A stretch of DNA of 64,000 nucleotides from an uncultured Rhodobiaceae bacterium (GTDB taxonomy: Bacteria > Pseudomonadota > Alphaproteobacteria > RS24), in assembly GCA_963932545.1 (NCBI GenBank), contig CAWVRH010000010.1, positions 5,587 through 69,586 of the forward strand. Reading direction: 5' to 3'. The notes below the pieces were generated by a model. It saw nothing but the letters and a program-made list of their open reading frames with translations, was not told the origin of the DNA and made no database searches. A program made the position numbers and the translations under genes. This document shows, piece by piece, positions 36,849 to 46,195 of the stretch (position 1 is the stretch's first letter; each line of letters starts with the position of its first letter).

Positions 36849-37457
36849 CTAAATCATTTCTAGGGGGTCGCGCTGGGCGGCCAAAGTTTGATGTAATTTG
36901 GCGCGCGCTCGCCGCAAAATAGATTCTAACGCAGCCACGCTCAGGCCCATGCCTTCGGCTGCATCGCGTTGTTTTAAGTCTTTGTAATAGACCAACTCAA
37001 TGGCCTGCCTCTGGTCGGGTGTTAGCGTGTCTAGGGCGGCGCGGATAATCCGGTCTCTATCTGCGATTTGTAATTCTTCTTCGGCATTGGCGCTTGGGTC
37101 CGACGGCTCGCTTATCTCGTCTAGGCTGGCGGTTGGGCGGCGGCGACGCAAAATGTCAATGCAGCGATTGCTGGCGACGCGAAACAACCAAGTGGTGACC
37201 TTGGCTTGCCCTCTTTGCCAGTTGCCTGCGCTTTTCCAAACCGAGGCAAAAACATCTTGAGCCGCTTCTTCGGCTTCGGCGCGGTTACCAAGTTTGCGAT
37301 TGCAAATGTGCAGAACATAGCCCAAGTGGCGGCGCACAATCTCGGCGCCTGCGGCTTGGTCCCCGCGGCCAATGGCAGCCAGTAACTCGTCATCTGTTTG
37401 GCTTGGCACCAGATGTCCCCCTGGGCTAAGCGCATGCACGTTTGTTGCGTTCTTCAA
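36849..37457 (-). CDS. ECF-subfamily RNA polymerase sigma-70 factor
   Basis: Region 2 (VTTWLFRVASNRCIDILRRR) and region 4 HTH (QRDAAEGMGLSVAALESILRRARAKL). Confidence 0.85.
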   Translation of the reverse strand: MKNATNVHALSPGGHLVPSQTDDELLAAIGRGDQAAGAEIVRRHLGYVLHICNRKLGNRAEAEEAAQDVFASVWKSAGNWQRGQAKVTTWLFRVASNRCIDILRRRRPTASLDEISEPSDPSANAEEELQIADRDRIIRAALDTLTPDQRQAIELVYYKDLKQRDAAEGMGLSVAALESILRRARAKLHQTLAAQRDPLEMI

Positions 37458-37549
37458 GGCTCACCCTTTTTAAAGTCTAGCGGCTCATCTGCGCTAATCA
37501 ATGGGTATAACGAGTGGGCGGTCAAAACCTGTCAGCAAGAAAATTGATT

Positions 37550-38194
37550 TTAGCCTTGTAGCAACGCTTGAAAGGCGCTTTGGCGCGCGGCGGCGGCGTC
37601 TTTCTGGGCAATGGCGGCGGTCAGTTGGCCGTATTCTAGCAAAGGCGCGCCCGTCTTGCGGTGGGTTAAGCTCCAGCGTGTTAACTGTTGGGGGTAGGCG
37701 GCAAAATCATTATCCGTGGCGGCATAAAGCACGGCCAAAAAGCCGGCTTCTGCGGCTATCGTGCCCACTTGTTGCAGCTCACGAAGCGCCAGTTGCAGAG
37801 CTTGATTGGCTGCGTCGCTTGCACGAGAGGCGGCAAGGGCCGCAAAGCTTGGCTCTAGCGCTAGCCGGATATCCAGCGCATCCGCCAGCCATTTTTCTAA
37901 AATTGGCTCCGCGTCGGGGCCCGCATGATTATCGAGCCATTGCAATATATCGCCATCCCAAAGGGCCCAAGCTTGGCGCGGGGCCACTAATGTGCCAACG
38001 CGCGGGCGGGCGACAATCAGTCCTTTGCCGCTTAAAATACGAAAGGCCTCGCGAACCACAGTTCGAGATACGCTATGAGACGCGCAAATTTCGGCGTCGG
38101 AAGGCATTTTTTGCCCCTCCACCATGGTTTGCGTCAAAATAGGGAGGGCAAGTGCCTCCGCAAGCGCTTCTGTGCGTCTTTTTTCTCCAGCCAT
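37550..38194 (-). CDS. GntR/FadR-family transcriptional regulator
   Basis: Winged HTH SDAEICASHSVSRTVVREAFRILSGKGLI plus a helical FCD-like C-terminal domain. Confidence 0.85.
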   Translation of the reverse strand: MAGEKRRTEALAEALALPILTQTMVEGQKMPSDAEICASHSVSRTVVREAFRILSGKGLIVARPRVGTLVAPRQAWALWDGDILQWLDNHAGPDAEPILEKWLADALDIRLALEPSFAALAASRASDAANQALQLALRELQQVGTIAAEAGFLAVLYAATDNDFAAYPQQLTRWSLTHRKTGAPLLEYGQLTAAIAQKDAAAARQSAFQALLQG

Positions 38195-38243
38195 AGAAGC
38201 ACTCTGGGGTTATTCTCTGATTGGGTCAACAATAGTATGATTA

Positions 38244-39137
38244 TTAAATATTATTTTCTGTCATCCATGTTGCAAGCGCCGAGCCAATCTCATGTGGGCT
38301 GTCTTCTTGGATGAAATGAGTGCCTGACACAGTAACTTCTGTTTGATTTGGCCAAGTGCGGCAAAAGTCGCGCTGCGGTCCAACCAAAATCGAACCGGGG
38401 TCGGCGTTGATAAATAGTTTCGGCATCGGGCTGGCCGCCATAAAGGCAGCATAGCTGTTGACCAAAGCCACAACCTCAGCTGGCTCGCCTGCGATGGGAA
38501 TTTGGCGGGGCCAAGTAAGAGTGGGTCGCCGATCTTCGCCAGCGTTCTCGAACGGCGCTCGATAGACGGCCATTTCGGCTTCTGTGAGGTCTCGAATAAT
38601 GGAGTTCGGCAGCACGCGTTCCACAAAGACGTTTTTCTCGAGAACAATCGGCTCGCCCATCTCGGAGCGGAAAGCCTGAAAAATATCGCGGGCGCCCTCT
38701 GGCCAATCAGACCAGTCGGCAATCGCTTGCACGATGCCTTCCATGTAGCAAATGCCGGATACATTGTCGCGATGACGCGCGGCGTAATGGAAGCCTAGGG
38801 CGCTGCCCCAATCGTGAATAACCAAGACGATGTTTTGAGAAATGCCCAGTGCCTCAAGAGCCGCTTCGAAATATTGGCTTTGTTCGGCAAATGTATAGCG
38901 CTCGGGCCCGCTGTCTTCTAGCTTATCGCTGTCCCCCATACCGATTAAGTCGATGGCGATGCAACGCCCCAAAGTTTCGTCATGCGGCATGACATTGCGC
39001 CACAAATAAGAGGAGGTAGGGTTGCCGTGCTGAAACACAATCGGGCGGCCATTGGGATCCCCCAGCTCTACGTAGCTCATGGTTTTTCCAAGAACTTCGA
39101 TGGTCTTCTTTGGATGGGCTTTGGCGCTTATGGTCAT
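38244..39137 (-). CDS. haloalkane dehalogenase (HLD-II type alpha/beta hydrolase)
   Basis: [12 protein letters not shown], nucleophile elbow HDWGSALGF, acid in YMEGI, and His in [10 protein letters not shown]. Confidence 0.85.
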   Translation of the reverse strand: MTISAKAHPKKTIEVLGKTMSYVELGDPNGRPIVFQHGNPTSSYLWRNVMPHDETLGRCIAIDLIGMGDSDKLEDSGPERYTFAEQSQYFEAALEALGISQNIVLVIHDWGSALGFHYAARHRDNVSGICYMEGIVQAIADWSDWPEGARDIFQAFRSEMGEPIVLEKNVFVERVLPNSIIRDLTEAEMAVYRAPFENAGEDRRPTLTWPRQIPIAGEPAEVVALVNSYAAFMAASPMPKLFINADPGSILVGPQRDFCRTWPNQTEVTVSGTHFIQEDSPHEIGSALATWMTENNI

Positions 39138-39173
39138 ACTCTTTCTCCCTCGGTTAGAGGAAGAAGCGTGCCA

Positions 39174-39914
39174 CTAGAGGCCGCGCTCGTCCAGCATGAA
39201 TTGTAAGAACTCACGATAGCGCGCCAAGCGCTCGCGCTCAGATTCCGCGTTATGGAAATAGCGCGTATGCAGATTGACCAGACTGGTTTCAAATTTTACC
39301 AGCATCATTTCCATTTCATCGCGTGCCATTAAGCTTTGGCTTTCAAGCTGCTCCAGCTCTTGCATAATCGTTTGCCGCCGCTTCTGGGTTTCGCTGCCTA
39401 TGGTTTCAATTTGTCCCCGAACATCGGCAACTAATTCGGCTCGGGTTTTTTCCATTTCGGCCAAAAGATCATCCGCACCCTGCCAAGCTTCATTGGCTTG
39501 GTGGCGAATTTCCGACAGGGTATCTTGCATGCGCATGGACAGATTTGCCATGTCGCTGCCTGCGCGCACATCTTGGCCAATGGCCATATTGATGCTCGGC
39601 TCAATCGTGCCGGGTAAGTCTAAGTCTGGCGCGGGGCCAAATGGGTCATCGAGGGGGCTCGGCTTTGGGTTTACATCTGCCGTGGCGGCGAATTCTGCGG
39701 CGATGGCGGCGTCCAAATTATCGGCCTCTTGCGTGCCCACTTCTAAGTCTAAAGAATCGGGCAAGTCTTGGCTTGCGCCATTTTGTGGAGTTTGAGGTAT
39801 CCCTTCGGGGGCGGTGCTGGGGGTATCGCCAACTGTGGGTTCGGCTTCTAAAATAGCATTGATTGCATCAGCAATCTCGGCCATACGCCGAACTTCGCCG
39901 TCTTCATCTGCCAT
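39174..39914 (-). CDS. acidic hypothetical protein with a coiled-coil C-terminal half
   Basis: 246 aa. The N-terminal half is rich in D, E and P. The C-terminal half looks heptad-like (LLAEMEKTRAELVADVRGQIETIGSETQKRRQTIMQELEQLESQ). No family recognised. Confidence 0.5.
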   Translation of the reverse strand: MADEDGEVRRMAEIADAINAILEAEPTVGDTPSTAPEGIPQTPQNGASQDLPDSLDLEVGTQEADNLDAAIAAEFAATADVNPKPSPLDDPFGPAPDLDLPGTIEPSINMAIGQDVRAGSDMANLSMRMQDTLSEIRHQANEAWQGADDLLAEMEKTRAELVADVRGQIETIGSETQKRRQTIMQELEQLESQSLMARDEMEMMLVKFETSLVNLHTRYFHNAESERERLARYREFLQFMLDERGL

Positions 39915-40057
39915 TTTTTTACTCCTTACACAACATAGATACGCACAGGCAATTGACCTGAAAGGATTTGCCCTATACCGAATCCCAATATCATTTTACA
40001 ACATTGTCAGAAATTATCTATGGCATCTGTATTTATTTTAGGAAAGCGTGACTTTTC

Positions 40058-41107
40058 GTGACTGACGACCTAACCCAATCGCCGAACCCAGATATCGACG
40101 CTGCTTATCAGCGCGCCGATAAGCAGGATAGTATCGGCATGCGCGCTTTGGCAGGTCTGTTTCTGCTTGAGCATGAGTTTCGTCGGGTGCCGGCCGCGCC
40201 AGATTTGGCGCGTTTGGTCGTCAACCGTTTGAACCGCTTTGCGCCCTATGATTGCGCGGTGTTTTGGACTTGCAATGCGCGCGGTAAAGTTCTGGACGTT
40301 ACCATCTCGGGGGTTGTGCAAAGTAAAGACACGAAACCGATTTTAGACTGGGGGCAACAATTAGGCCGTTGGCTGAACCAGTCGGGTTACGCAAATGTGC
40401 AACTGACGCCCGCGATGCTCGATATGGCCGAGCTGAAAAAGCAATGGCCGGGCAATCTGCCAAAGAACGGTCTTTATGTTCCGTTGCGTCGCGAAGATGG
40501 AAAATTGCGCGGTGGCATTGTTTTACTGCGCGCCGCCGCTTGGTCGCATCCGGTTCGCATCATGCTCGATCAATTGGCCGAAGCTGCCGCCTACACGGTA
40601 GATGCCTTAGAGGCGGGCGTGCATGGACGAAAAGGCGCACGACGCGGGTTTGTTAGATTGGCCACGACAATCGCCTTGCTAGCGGTTTTGGGCTCTAGTT
40701 TTCTTGTTCCCATTCCCGTCAACGTGGATGTGCCAGCCCGCCTTGCGGTATCGGCCACCAATCAGGCGGCCACCCAGCCCAACTCTCAATCCAGCACCGT
40801 GCCGCGCGCGCCAGCACAAATTGATTTACAAATTCCGCCCCAAGGCGCTATGGCCCTGCGCCCCGGCTCTCGATTGAAGACACGGGTAAACGGCATTGAT
40901 TATGAATTAGAGGTCGAGCATATCACCCCTTGGCTGGCTGGCTTATTTGCCGATAGAAGCATTCGCGCGCGTTTGGTTGGCGCGCCAGATGGCTTGGCGC
41001 CAGCTGAGCTGCACTCGATCACCATTGAAAATGCGTCTATGCCTTTGCCACTTTATTTACTGCGCGGGCCGATTTCGGCGATGCGCAAATGGTTCGCTTT
41101 AAATTAG
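40058..41107 (+). CDS. hypothetical bitopic membrane protein (cytoplasmic sensor-like domain, TM, HlyD-like beta domain)
   Basis: GTG start, 349 aa. One TM (FVRLATTIALLAVLGSSFLVPIP). The C-terminal part (RVNGIDYELEVEHITP..., ARLVGAP) resembles the barrel-sandwich end of membrane-fusion proteins. The assignment is tentative. Confidence 0.5.
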   Translation: MTDDLTQSPNPDIDAAYQRADKQDSIGMRALAGLFLLEHEFRRVPAAPDLARLVVNRLNRFAPYDCAVFWTCNARGKVLDVTISGVVQSKDTKPILDWGQQLGRWLNQSGYANVQLTPAMLDMAELKKQWPGNLPKNGLYVPLRREDGKLRGGIVLLRAAAWSHPVRIMLDQLAEAAAYTVDALEAGVHGRKGARRGFVRLATTIALLAVLGSSFLVPIPVNVDVPARLAVSATNQAATQPNSQSSTVPRAPAQIDLQIPPQGAMALRPGSRLKTRVNGIDYELEVEHITPWLAGLFADRSIRARLVGAPDGLAPAELHSITIENASMPLPLYLLRGPISAMRKWFALN

Positions 41108-41110
41108 CGA

Positions 41111-41929
41111 TTAGCGTTGGCTAATTTGTTTCAGCAAAGCTTCCACAGCTAGCGGCGTCGTCGCGCCCGCACAGACCAAAAGATTATTATCGATAAGCAA
41201 TCTTTGCTTGGCGCTATATTGGCGCTCAATAGCTGGATGGGTTAAAAACTCCATGCCTCGACTGTCCGGCCCGCGCAGTTTATCCGCGCGCTCATTGGCC
41301 AGAATGTAATCGGCTTTAATCGCCAAAGTGGTTTCCAAACTAATGCGGCCCATCGATTGCGAGCTGATCTGGCGGCCCAAGTTAACGCCTCCCGCCAAAG
41401 CAATAATTTCGTCCAATATATGCCCATCACCCACCGTAAGATTACGTCTTTGCAGGGGCAGTATTCGCGGGCGATGCGATACCGGCTTGAGGGCAGCCAT
41501 ACGAGTGTCTAATTCTTTTAGATAAGCCGCCGCTTCATCTTGGCGGCCGATGGCGTTTCCTAAGGCTAGAATTTCAGTGCGGGCATCGCCAAACCCATTG
41601 GCCGCGTTTTGAACCAAAAGTGGAATTCCCAATTTTTCAATCAACCGATTTCGCATCGGGTCGCTGTAACTTGAGACAATTACGAGGTCCGGGGCCAGTG
41701 CCGCAATGCTTTCTATCTGGCCATCACTGATGGGGAAGCTTTGCGCTGTTTCGGCCCTGGCGGAAAGGCCAGCATCGCGCGATTGAGGCGTTAGCGCGAG
41801 GACTTGGCGTCGATCGGCAAAACCCATCAAATACACATCGGCGCATAAGCTCAAGCTCATCACGCGCGGCAAAGCCTGCGCCGGCGCTAGGCTGGCAAAG
41901 CAAAATAGAACGGGTAGAAGCCATCTCAT
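41111..41929 (-). CDS. periplasmic binding protein, class III (BtuF/FhuD fold)
   Basis: Signal peptide MRWLLPVLFCFASLAPAQA. Blocks PDLVIVSSY and similar. Divergent from the FecCD permease gene. Confidence 0.7.
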   Translation of the reverse strand: MRWLLPVLFCFASLAPAQALPRVMSLSLCADVYLMGFADRRQVLALTPQSRDAGLSARAETAQSFPISDGQIESIAALAPDLVIVSSYSDPMRNRLIEKLGIPLLVQNAANGFGDARTEILALGNAIGRQDEAAAYLKELDTRMAALKPVSHRPRILPLQRRNLTVGDGHILDEIIALAGGVNLGRQISSQSMGRISLETTLAIKADYILANERADKLRGPDSRGMEFLTHPAIERQYSAKQRLLIDNNLLVCAGATTPLAVEALLKQISQR

Positions 41930-42007
41930 CCGTTACGCTTGCCATGAAGTCTGCTGCTTGTCCATAAGCGGTTGCGCGCTCGCGCGGGCGCGGTTAAGTT
42001 TGGAGCC

Positions 42008-43006
42008 ATGAAGAAAACAATAAAACTTAACTTCACCCTAGCGGCCACCCTCATTTTTATCGGCACAGGTTCTTTGTTGGTTGGCGATGTGGCCACCTCG
42101 CCCTCGGCTTTGCTCGATTGGTTGGCGGGCGTGGGGCCTGAATTTCATGTCTTATTATTTGAAACCATCCGAGCGCCGCGCATTGTTTTGGCGGCTTTGA
42201 CAGGATTTGTTTTGGGTTTATCTGGCGCTGCCATTCAAGGGTTTTTGAGAAACCCTCTAGCTGAACCAGGCATTTTGGGCGCCAGCAATGGTGCTGCGCT
42301 TGGCGCCGTTATAGCCATTTATTTGGGCCTCGCTTCGACACTGTCTTACCTTGTACCTTTGGCGGCATCCTTGATGGCTTTGGTTTCGGTTGTTTTGTTG
42401 ATGGCGGTGGCTGGCGTTGGGGCTTCTTCTTTGCGATTGATACTGGCGGGCTTTGCGGTTTCGGCTTTCGCGGGCGCGGGTATTGCCTTGGCGCTAAACC
42501 TGAGCCCGAATTATTTTGCCGCGCTTGAGATCGCTTTTTGGCTTTTGGGTGCGGTAGAGAACCGGTCTTGGTTGCATGTCAGCCTTGCGCTTCCGGGCGC
42601 TGTGTTTGGATGTCTATTGATGTTGTCGACAGCGCGCAGCCTTAACGCTTTGGCGTTGGGGGAGGAAGTGGCGCAAACGCTGGGTCTGAATTTACGTAAC
42701 TTGCGCGCGCGCATTGCTATTGGCTTGGCCTTGGCGATTGGCGCGGTGGTTTCGGTGACGGGGGTTATTGGTTTCGTCGGCTTGGTCGCGCCGCATTTGG
42801 TGCGCCCTTATTGTGGCCATGTGCCCTCGCGCAGTTTGCTGCCATCGGCTTTGCTGGGGGCCATTTTGCTGGTACTGGCAGATACCGCCATTCGGGCTAT
42901 CCCCACGGTTATGGAATTAAAGCTCGGTGTTCTGACGGCATTTTTTGGCGTGCCGCTTTTGCTGTTATTATTGCGCCGACCTGGAGCCCTAGGTAGCGAC
43001 GCTTAA
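42008..43006 (+). CDS. FecCD/BtuC-family ABC permease
   Basis: About 10 TM helices. RILLAALTGFVLGLSGAAIQG-type N-terminal motif. Start is ATG 42008, after GGAG. Confidence 0.85.
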   Translation: MKKTIKLNFTLAATLIFIGTGSLLVGDVATSPSALLDWLAGVGPEFHVLLFETIRAPRIVLAALTGFVLGLSGAAIQGFLRNPLAEPGILGASNGAALGAVIAIYLGLASTLSYLVPLAASLMALVSVVLLMAVAGVGASSLRLILAGFAVSAFAGAGIALALNLSPNYFAALEIAFWLLGAVENRSWLHVSLALPGAVFGCLLMLSTARSLNALALGEEVAQTLGLNLRNLRARIAIGLALAIGAVVSVTGVIGFVGLVAPHLVRPYCGHVPSRSLLPSALLGAILLVLADTAIRAIPTVMELKLGVLTAFFGVPLLLLLLRRPGALGSDA

Positions 43007-43039
43007 AACATCGACTTGATGAAGGTCGCATTTCAGTCT

Positions 43040-43225
43040 ACTAAGATGTTTCGAACAAGGTGCCCCAGTGATGGGGATAAAAGGGAATATCGTGCGGGCT
43101 CAATTTGCCCAAGTCGATAGCTGCTCCCGCAACTGTCAGCGGATAGCCGACGGCCATTATGCCACTCATATATTGGGGAAGGCGGCCAGAGGCGATGATC
43201 CGCGAGCCAGGAAACCTGCCTTGAT
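43040..43225 (+). promoter_or_regulatory. cobalamin (B12) riboswitch
   Basis: Conserved elements appear in the expected order: GGTGCC, AAAAGGGAA, GCTGCTCCCGCAACTGT, GCCACT, GGGAAGGC, AGCCAGGAAACCTGCC. It lies upstream of a TonB-dependent receptor. Confidence 0.85.
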
Positions 43226-43348
43226 CGGTCGTTTTTCGGGTGGGCGGGATGCACCATGCCGAGGCGGATTTTCCGTTACAGACGACAAATAGCCACCTCG
43301 CGAAGAGCTAATTCTTCGCGGGTTCTTTCGTCTGTTTGGAGAAACAAC

Positions 43349-45223
43349 ATGAAAAATATTCGTTTATCTGCCATGGTAGGTCTGTGCTTCAGCGCCAGCC
43401 TAATGGCGCCTTCTTTAGCCCAAGAGGTCGATGAGATTATCGTCTCGGCCACGGGCATTCCAACACCGGCCGCGCAAATTGGCGCCTCGGTGGATGTCAT
43501 TACGGCAGAAGACTTAGAAAATCAGCAGGTTATCTATTTGCAGGATGCGCTTCGCGGCCTCAAAGGGATTACCTTTGACCAAGAAGGCACAATTGGCGGT
43601 ATTGGTAACTTGCGTATGCGAGGTCTCGATCGGCAAAATATTGTCGTGTTTATCGACGGGGTAAATATGGCCGACGCGGCGGATATCCAAGGCGGTACGG
43701 AAATTGCCAACCTATTGGTCAGGGACATTGAGCGCATTGAAGTCCTGCGCGGGCCAAACAGCGTTCTTTATGGCTCCAACGCCGTGGCTGGAGTGATTGA
43801 TATTCGAACCAAATCTGCTGGTGGCCCTCAGGCGGGGTCTTTATCGGTAACCGCTGGGGCAAATGAACTGGCCCAAATGAAACTGAGCACATCGGGCGAG
43901 ACTGCCAATGGGCGCGTTGGATATCGTGTTTCATTACAATCTTTGGATGTTTCCTCCCCTTCCGAATTTGATGAAGAAGATACAGATTACTCAGAGAACG
44001 AAGATTATGAAAACAGAACCGCCTCTGGGAAATTGGATGTGCATTTCTCTGATTTCACTTCTTTGTCTGTTAATCTTCGTTCGGCTATCAGTTCAGCGGA
44101 CACAGATGGGTATAACTTGAATTTTACGAAAAGAGATGGCCATTTCGGAACGGAGACCGTGCAGAATCTCATTCGTGTCTCTGTTGATAGCGAATTCAGC
44201 GACGACTTATCAATCAACCTAAGCCATAGCTTTCTTGGCAATTACCGCGATGGTTTTGCCGAGGTGGGTTCAACTTATTGGTATGACGGAGAGCGCGAAA
44301 CCTCACAGGCGCGCGCGAAATATGCGCTATCAGATGATGGCTATTTGCATATTGGGGCAGAACAAAAAAATGAAACTCTATTGCAGGTCGGGTTGGACAG
44401 CGAAGTGGAAGTGGAAACACAGGCTGCCTTCGGGGTTTTGCACACGAAAGTTGGACCAGCGCATACAACACTAGGCTTGCGCCACGATGACCACGAGACC
44501 TTTGGCAGTAACGCCAGCTGGAGATTTGGTTTGTCACTGCCAATTACTGATTATTTGACCACAAGAGCTAATGCTGGCACGGGGTATCGTGCTCCTAGCC
44601 TCTATGAGTTATTCGGTCGAGATGAAACCTGCTTGAACGACATTTGCGGCAACATGGAGCTGGAGCCAGAAGAAAGCGATAGTGTGGAGCTGGGGATTTC
44701 CCTCGAACCAGACGGCGCGCCATTCGCATTGGACATCGGGTACTTTGACATTGAAACGGAGAACCGCATTTTCTATAAAAATATCGGCCCACCCACCTAT
44801 GCAGGGGATTATCAAAATGATGTTGGGCAATCCACATCGACGGGTACAGAAATGTCTTTGATTGTAGACTTGAGCAAAACTCTGAGCGCCGATATCACAT
44901 ACTCGCGAATTAATTCGAAAGACGCGAGTGGCGGCATTCAGAACAACCAGCCTCGTCGCCTTTGGTCATTTAAGGGTTACTATGTGGGGGAAGATAAAAA
45001 GACGACCCTATCGGTAAACGCACGTCAGGTGACAGACCGATATCGTTCTGACGTTCGCCAAGAAGATTATTTCGTTATGGGCTTTGCCTATGGCTATCTG
45101 GTTACAGATGCCGTGAAGCTAAGTGTGACTGGAGATAATATTTTGGATGAACACTATCAAACGGTGCCTGGTAAATCGACGCCTCGTCGAACTTGGAACA
45201 TAGGCCTCACCGCAAATTTCTAG
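43349..45223 (+). CDS. btuB: TonB-dependent receptor, BtuB-like
   Basis: ATG 43349 after GGAGAA. Signal peptide. TonB box DEIIVSAT. Plug motifs IEVLRGPNSVLYG. C-terminal LTANF. It is controlled by the B12 riboswitch. Confidence 0.8.
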   Translation: MKNIRLSAMVGLCFSASLMAPSLAQEVDEIIVSATGIPTPAAQIGASVDVITAEDLENQQVIYLQDALRGLKGITFDQEGTIGGIGNLRMRGLDRQNIVVFIDGVNMADAADIQGGTEIANLLVRDIERIEVLRGPNSVLYGSNAVAGVIDIRTKSAGGPQAGSLSVTAGANELAQMKLSTSGETANGRVGYRVSLQSLDVSSPSEFDEEDTDYSENEDYENRTASGKLDVHFSDFTSLSVNLRSAISSADTDGYNLNFTKRDGHFGTETVQNLIRVSVDSEFSDDLSINLSHSFLGNYRDGFAEVGSTYWYDGERETSQARAKYALSDDGYLHIGAEQKNETLLQVGLDSEVEVETQAAFGVLHTKVGPAHTTLGLRHDDHETFGSNASWRFGLSLPITDYLTTRANAGTGYRAPSLYELFGRDETCLNDICGNMELEPEESDSVELGISLEPDGAPFALDIGYFDIETENRIFYKNIGPPTYAGDYQNDVGQSTSTGTEMSLIVDLSKTLSADITYSRINSKDASGGIQNNQPRRLWSFKGYYVGEDKKTTLSVNARQVTDRYRSDVRQEDYFVMGFAYGYLVTDAVKLSVTGDNILDEHYQTVPGKSTPRRTWNIGLTANF

Positions 45224-45265
45224 AACCGCCTAGAAGTTGTTGCAAAAATGTGACATGTTTTTAGC

Positions 45266-46195
45266 ATGAATAAGAACATAAAAATTGTCAGCCTTTTACC
45301 CAGCGCGACCGAGATTGTGGCCGCGCTGGGCATGGGCGACCAACTAGTCGGGCGCTCACATGAATGCGATTGGCCGGCTGGTCTCGATCATTTGCCTATT
45401 CTCACCGCGCCCAAAATGAACCCGCAAGCCAATGCGGCCAGTATCGACCGAGATGTGCGCGCATTGGTGGAAGACGGCCTGTCCGTCTATCAACTCGATG
45501 CTGACGCCATTCAGAGGCTTGCTCCCGATTTTGTTATCACACAATCGCAATGCGAATTATGCGCCGTTAGCCTAAAGGAAGTGACGCATGCTCTGCGTGA
45601 TTGGGTTGGACCAAGTGCGGCGCCCGAGTTGGTCTCGCTCGAGCCTATGTGTCTAGACGATGTGGCTAAAGATATAACTCATGTGGCGAAAAGCCTTGGT
45701 GTAAGGGAAGCCGGGGAGGCGCTGAATACACAAGTTGCGGATGGCTTCACTCGGTTGCGCGTGCAAACCGAGAGGCTTGCTTTGCGGCGCGTGTTTTTTA
45801 TGGAATGGACGGCGCCACTTATGGGCGCCGGAAATTGGATGCCCGAAACGATTGCTGCCGCTGGCGGCGAGGTGGTGTTGGGCCAAGATGGAGCCCATTC
45901 GCCAGTCGTTAGCTGGGCTGATGTGGCAGCCGCCGACCCTGAGGTTATTTTGGTGGGCCCCTGTGGGTTTTCCATCGAACGGGCGCACGAAGAAATGGCC
46001 GCCTTGGTTAATTTGCCAGAGTATCAGGAATTGCGAGCTGTGCGCTCTGGCGAGGTCTATTTGGTCAACGGGAATCATTTTTTCAATCGGCCAGGCCCCA
46101 GATTGTTGCAATCAGCACAGATTGTCGCCGAGATTTTGCACCCAACTGTTTTCGCACCCACGAACCACGGCATGGGGTGGGTGCGCTATGCTTGA
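45266..46195 (+). CDS. BtuF-fold cobalamin-binding-like protein lacking a signal peptide
   Basis: It starts directly with the first beta-strand motif MNKNIKIVSLLPSATEIVAALG. 309 aa. Confidence 0.7.
   Translation: MNKNIKIVSLLPSATEIVAALGMGDQLVGRSHECDWPAGLDHLPILTAPKMNPQANAASIDRDVRALVEDGLSVYQLDADAIQRLAPDFVITQSQCELCAVSLKEVTHALRDWVGPSAAPELVSLEPMCLDDVAKDITHVAKSLGVREAGEALNTQVADGFTRLRVQTERLALRRVFFMEWTAPLMGAGNWMPETIAAAGGEVVLGQDGAHSPVVSWADVAAADPEVILVGPCGFSIERAHEEMAALVNLPEYQELRAVRSGEVYLVNGNHFFNRPGPRLLQSAQIVAEILHPTVFAPTNHGMGWVRYA

Noticed and set aside
37501-38142. A 213-aa plus-strand ORF overlapping the GntR/FadR gene
   Set aside because: It is an Arg/Pro-rich shadow. The minus-strand frame has a textbook winged HTH.
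45735-46187. A 151-codon N-terminal extension of the ABC ATPase ORF
   Set aside because: It is out of frame with, and fully inside, the BtuF-fold gene. It is Cys/Trp/Arg-rich nonsense. The ATPase fold begins at MLDLKNIS (ATG 46188).
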